A DNA stretch of 64,000 nucleotides from Octopus sinensis (taxonomy: Eukaryota). The stretch's first letter is position 1. Each line of letters starts with the position of its first letter. A program made the position numbers and the translations under genes. Below are positions 62,630-64,000 of the stretch, piece after piece. The notes under the pieces are model-generated. The model saw only the letters and a program-made list of their open reading frames with translations. It made no database searches and was not told where the DNA came from. Location of the stretch: NCBI RefSeq assembly GCF_006345805.1, contig NC_043013.1:11160001-11224000 (forward strand), in the 5' to 3' direction.

Positions 62630-62844
62630 TGTGTGTGTGTTTGTCTCCCTTGCATTGCTTGACAACCGATGCTGGCGTGTTTACGTCCCCGTCACTTAGC
62701 GGTTCGGCAAAAGAGACCGATAGAATAAGTACTGGGCTTACAAAGAATAAGTCCCGGGGTCGATTTGCTCGACTAAAGGCGGTGCACCAGCATGGCCGCA
62801 GTCAAATGATTGAAACAAGTAAAAGAGTAAAAGAGTAAAAGAGT
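62390..62844 (+). mobile_element. Full-length SINE family B (CORE-like box, internal microsatellite, (TAAAAGAG)n tail)
   Basis: tRNA-like head with B-box GGTTCAGTCCC; gcatcttgggcaagtgtc resembles the CORE-SINE box. It resembles the octopus tRNA-SINEs of Ohshima & Okada 1994, but the exact family is not assigned. Confidence 0.95.
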
Positions 62845-63225
62845 ACATACATACGAAAAAATGCTCACATACACAAGATCACGTTTATTCAGTCGAATAC
62901 ACTTACCTGTTACAATTCAAGTTTTATCTTACCTGTACACAAGCACTCACATGCGCGCACATACACACACTCACACACATCTATTTACAAATTCATACAC
63001 ATACAATCACCAAAGAAGCTCCAAATTTAACAACCTGAAATATGGTCTTTTCACAGTCAACGAAGGATCCTCAACCACCTGAGTTTAAATAACGTTTTTC
63101 ATCTTATTTTTCTATGTGAGTTCTTATGCTAAATTCGTAAATACATATATAATTTAATATATATACACATAAATCTTTTATGCAAACGCACAAATTCAGA
63201 TGTATTTATACTTACAAACACACAC

Positions 63226-63251
<26 letters not shown>

Positions 63252-63271
<20 letters not shown>

Positions 63272-64000
63272 CTGAGTTTATATGTTTGTGTCTGTGTGTG
63301 TATGTTCCTTTTGCATTCAAAAACTTAGTAGCCGATTTTGACTTATAGGGTATCAAATTATTCAGTAATCTTTCGGGTACCAAATAAACTTTATTTTCAT
63401 TTATATATTTGCATTACAAAAATTCAACAGTATAATCTTTCTATAAATCAACCATCGTATACGACGTTTTATACCACTAGACGACGACGATGTCACATAT
63501 TTTAATTGAGTGTGTATATATCTGTCAAAGTGTGAGTTTACGCGATCGTTACGTATTGAAAAGTATATGCGTGAGTGCATGTGAAGGTGTATGAGTTTGT
63601 CAGTATACATACATTTTTGTGATGACTGACACACATCTAAAGACAGAGACAGATGCACAGAGGTAGAGACAAGCCTGAAGCGTGCGTAAATGTATGTATG
63701 TGTGTGTCTGTCCCAGTATATGTATGTGACCGTACCACCCAACAGTGAAACGCACCGATTTTGAAAGTGTTTAGGTTAGTTGCAGTCTGGACCTTGAACG
63801 GACAACAGAGTTCACTTTAAGCTACCACCGTTTGGATTTTCCCTTTCATCATGGAGAGTTGCTGTTTAAACAGCATTAACGAATGTCACTACTTATGTAT
63901 GTCACTACTTATTTATAACAAACATGAAGATTTGACTGATTTTTCAGAACTCACAACACTAGCAAATATTTCTGAGAAAATTTTATTGTGGTTATTGTAA
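63252..64000 (+). mobile_element. Probable Helitron-like non-autonomous element, 5' part
   Basis: TATATATAAAGCTGAG..gtgtctgtgtgtg start shared with 13676 (-) and 11783 (+). Confidence 0.4.

Overview
AT-rich, microsatellite-dense eukaryotic DNA with one 100-N gap (32282-32381). The tRNA-SINE families and repeat landscape best fit an octopus genome (inference from recognition, not a database search). No multi-exon host gene can be supported, and nearly all listed ORFs are microsatellite artefacts. The window is a nested transposon landscape. It holds a near-intact DD34D mariner (7756-9045), a second decayed mariner, maT/DD37D and pogo/Tigger remnants, RTE and CR1 LINE remnants, Helitron-like elements, MITEs and about 35 SINE copies from four families. 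Four observations stand out. (1) A 2.4-kb TSD-flanked retroelement encodes only an L1/Tx1-type ORF1 with a CCHC knuckle (HAL1-like, 37619-40036). (2) A 442-bp head-to-head foldback element has a tRNA-like head and a hammerhead ribozyme in each arm, with an 11-bp TSD (35321-35762). (3) Two further hammerhead-like families have non-canonical cores. (4) A GCC-YTTRT-GGC stem-loop plus AATAAA 3' signal is shared by a SINE, a LINE end and the ORF1-only element.
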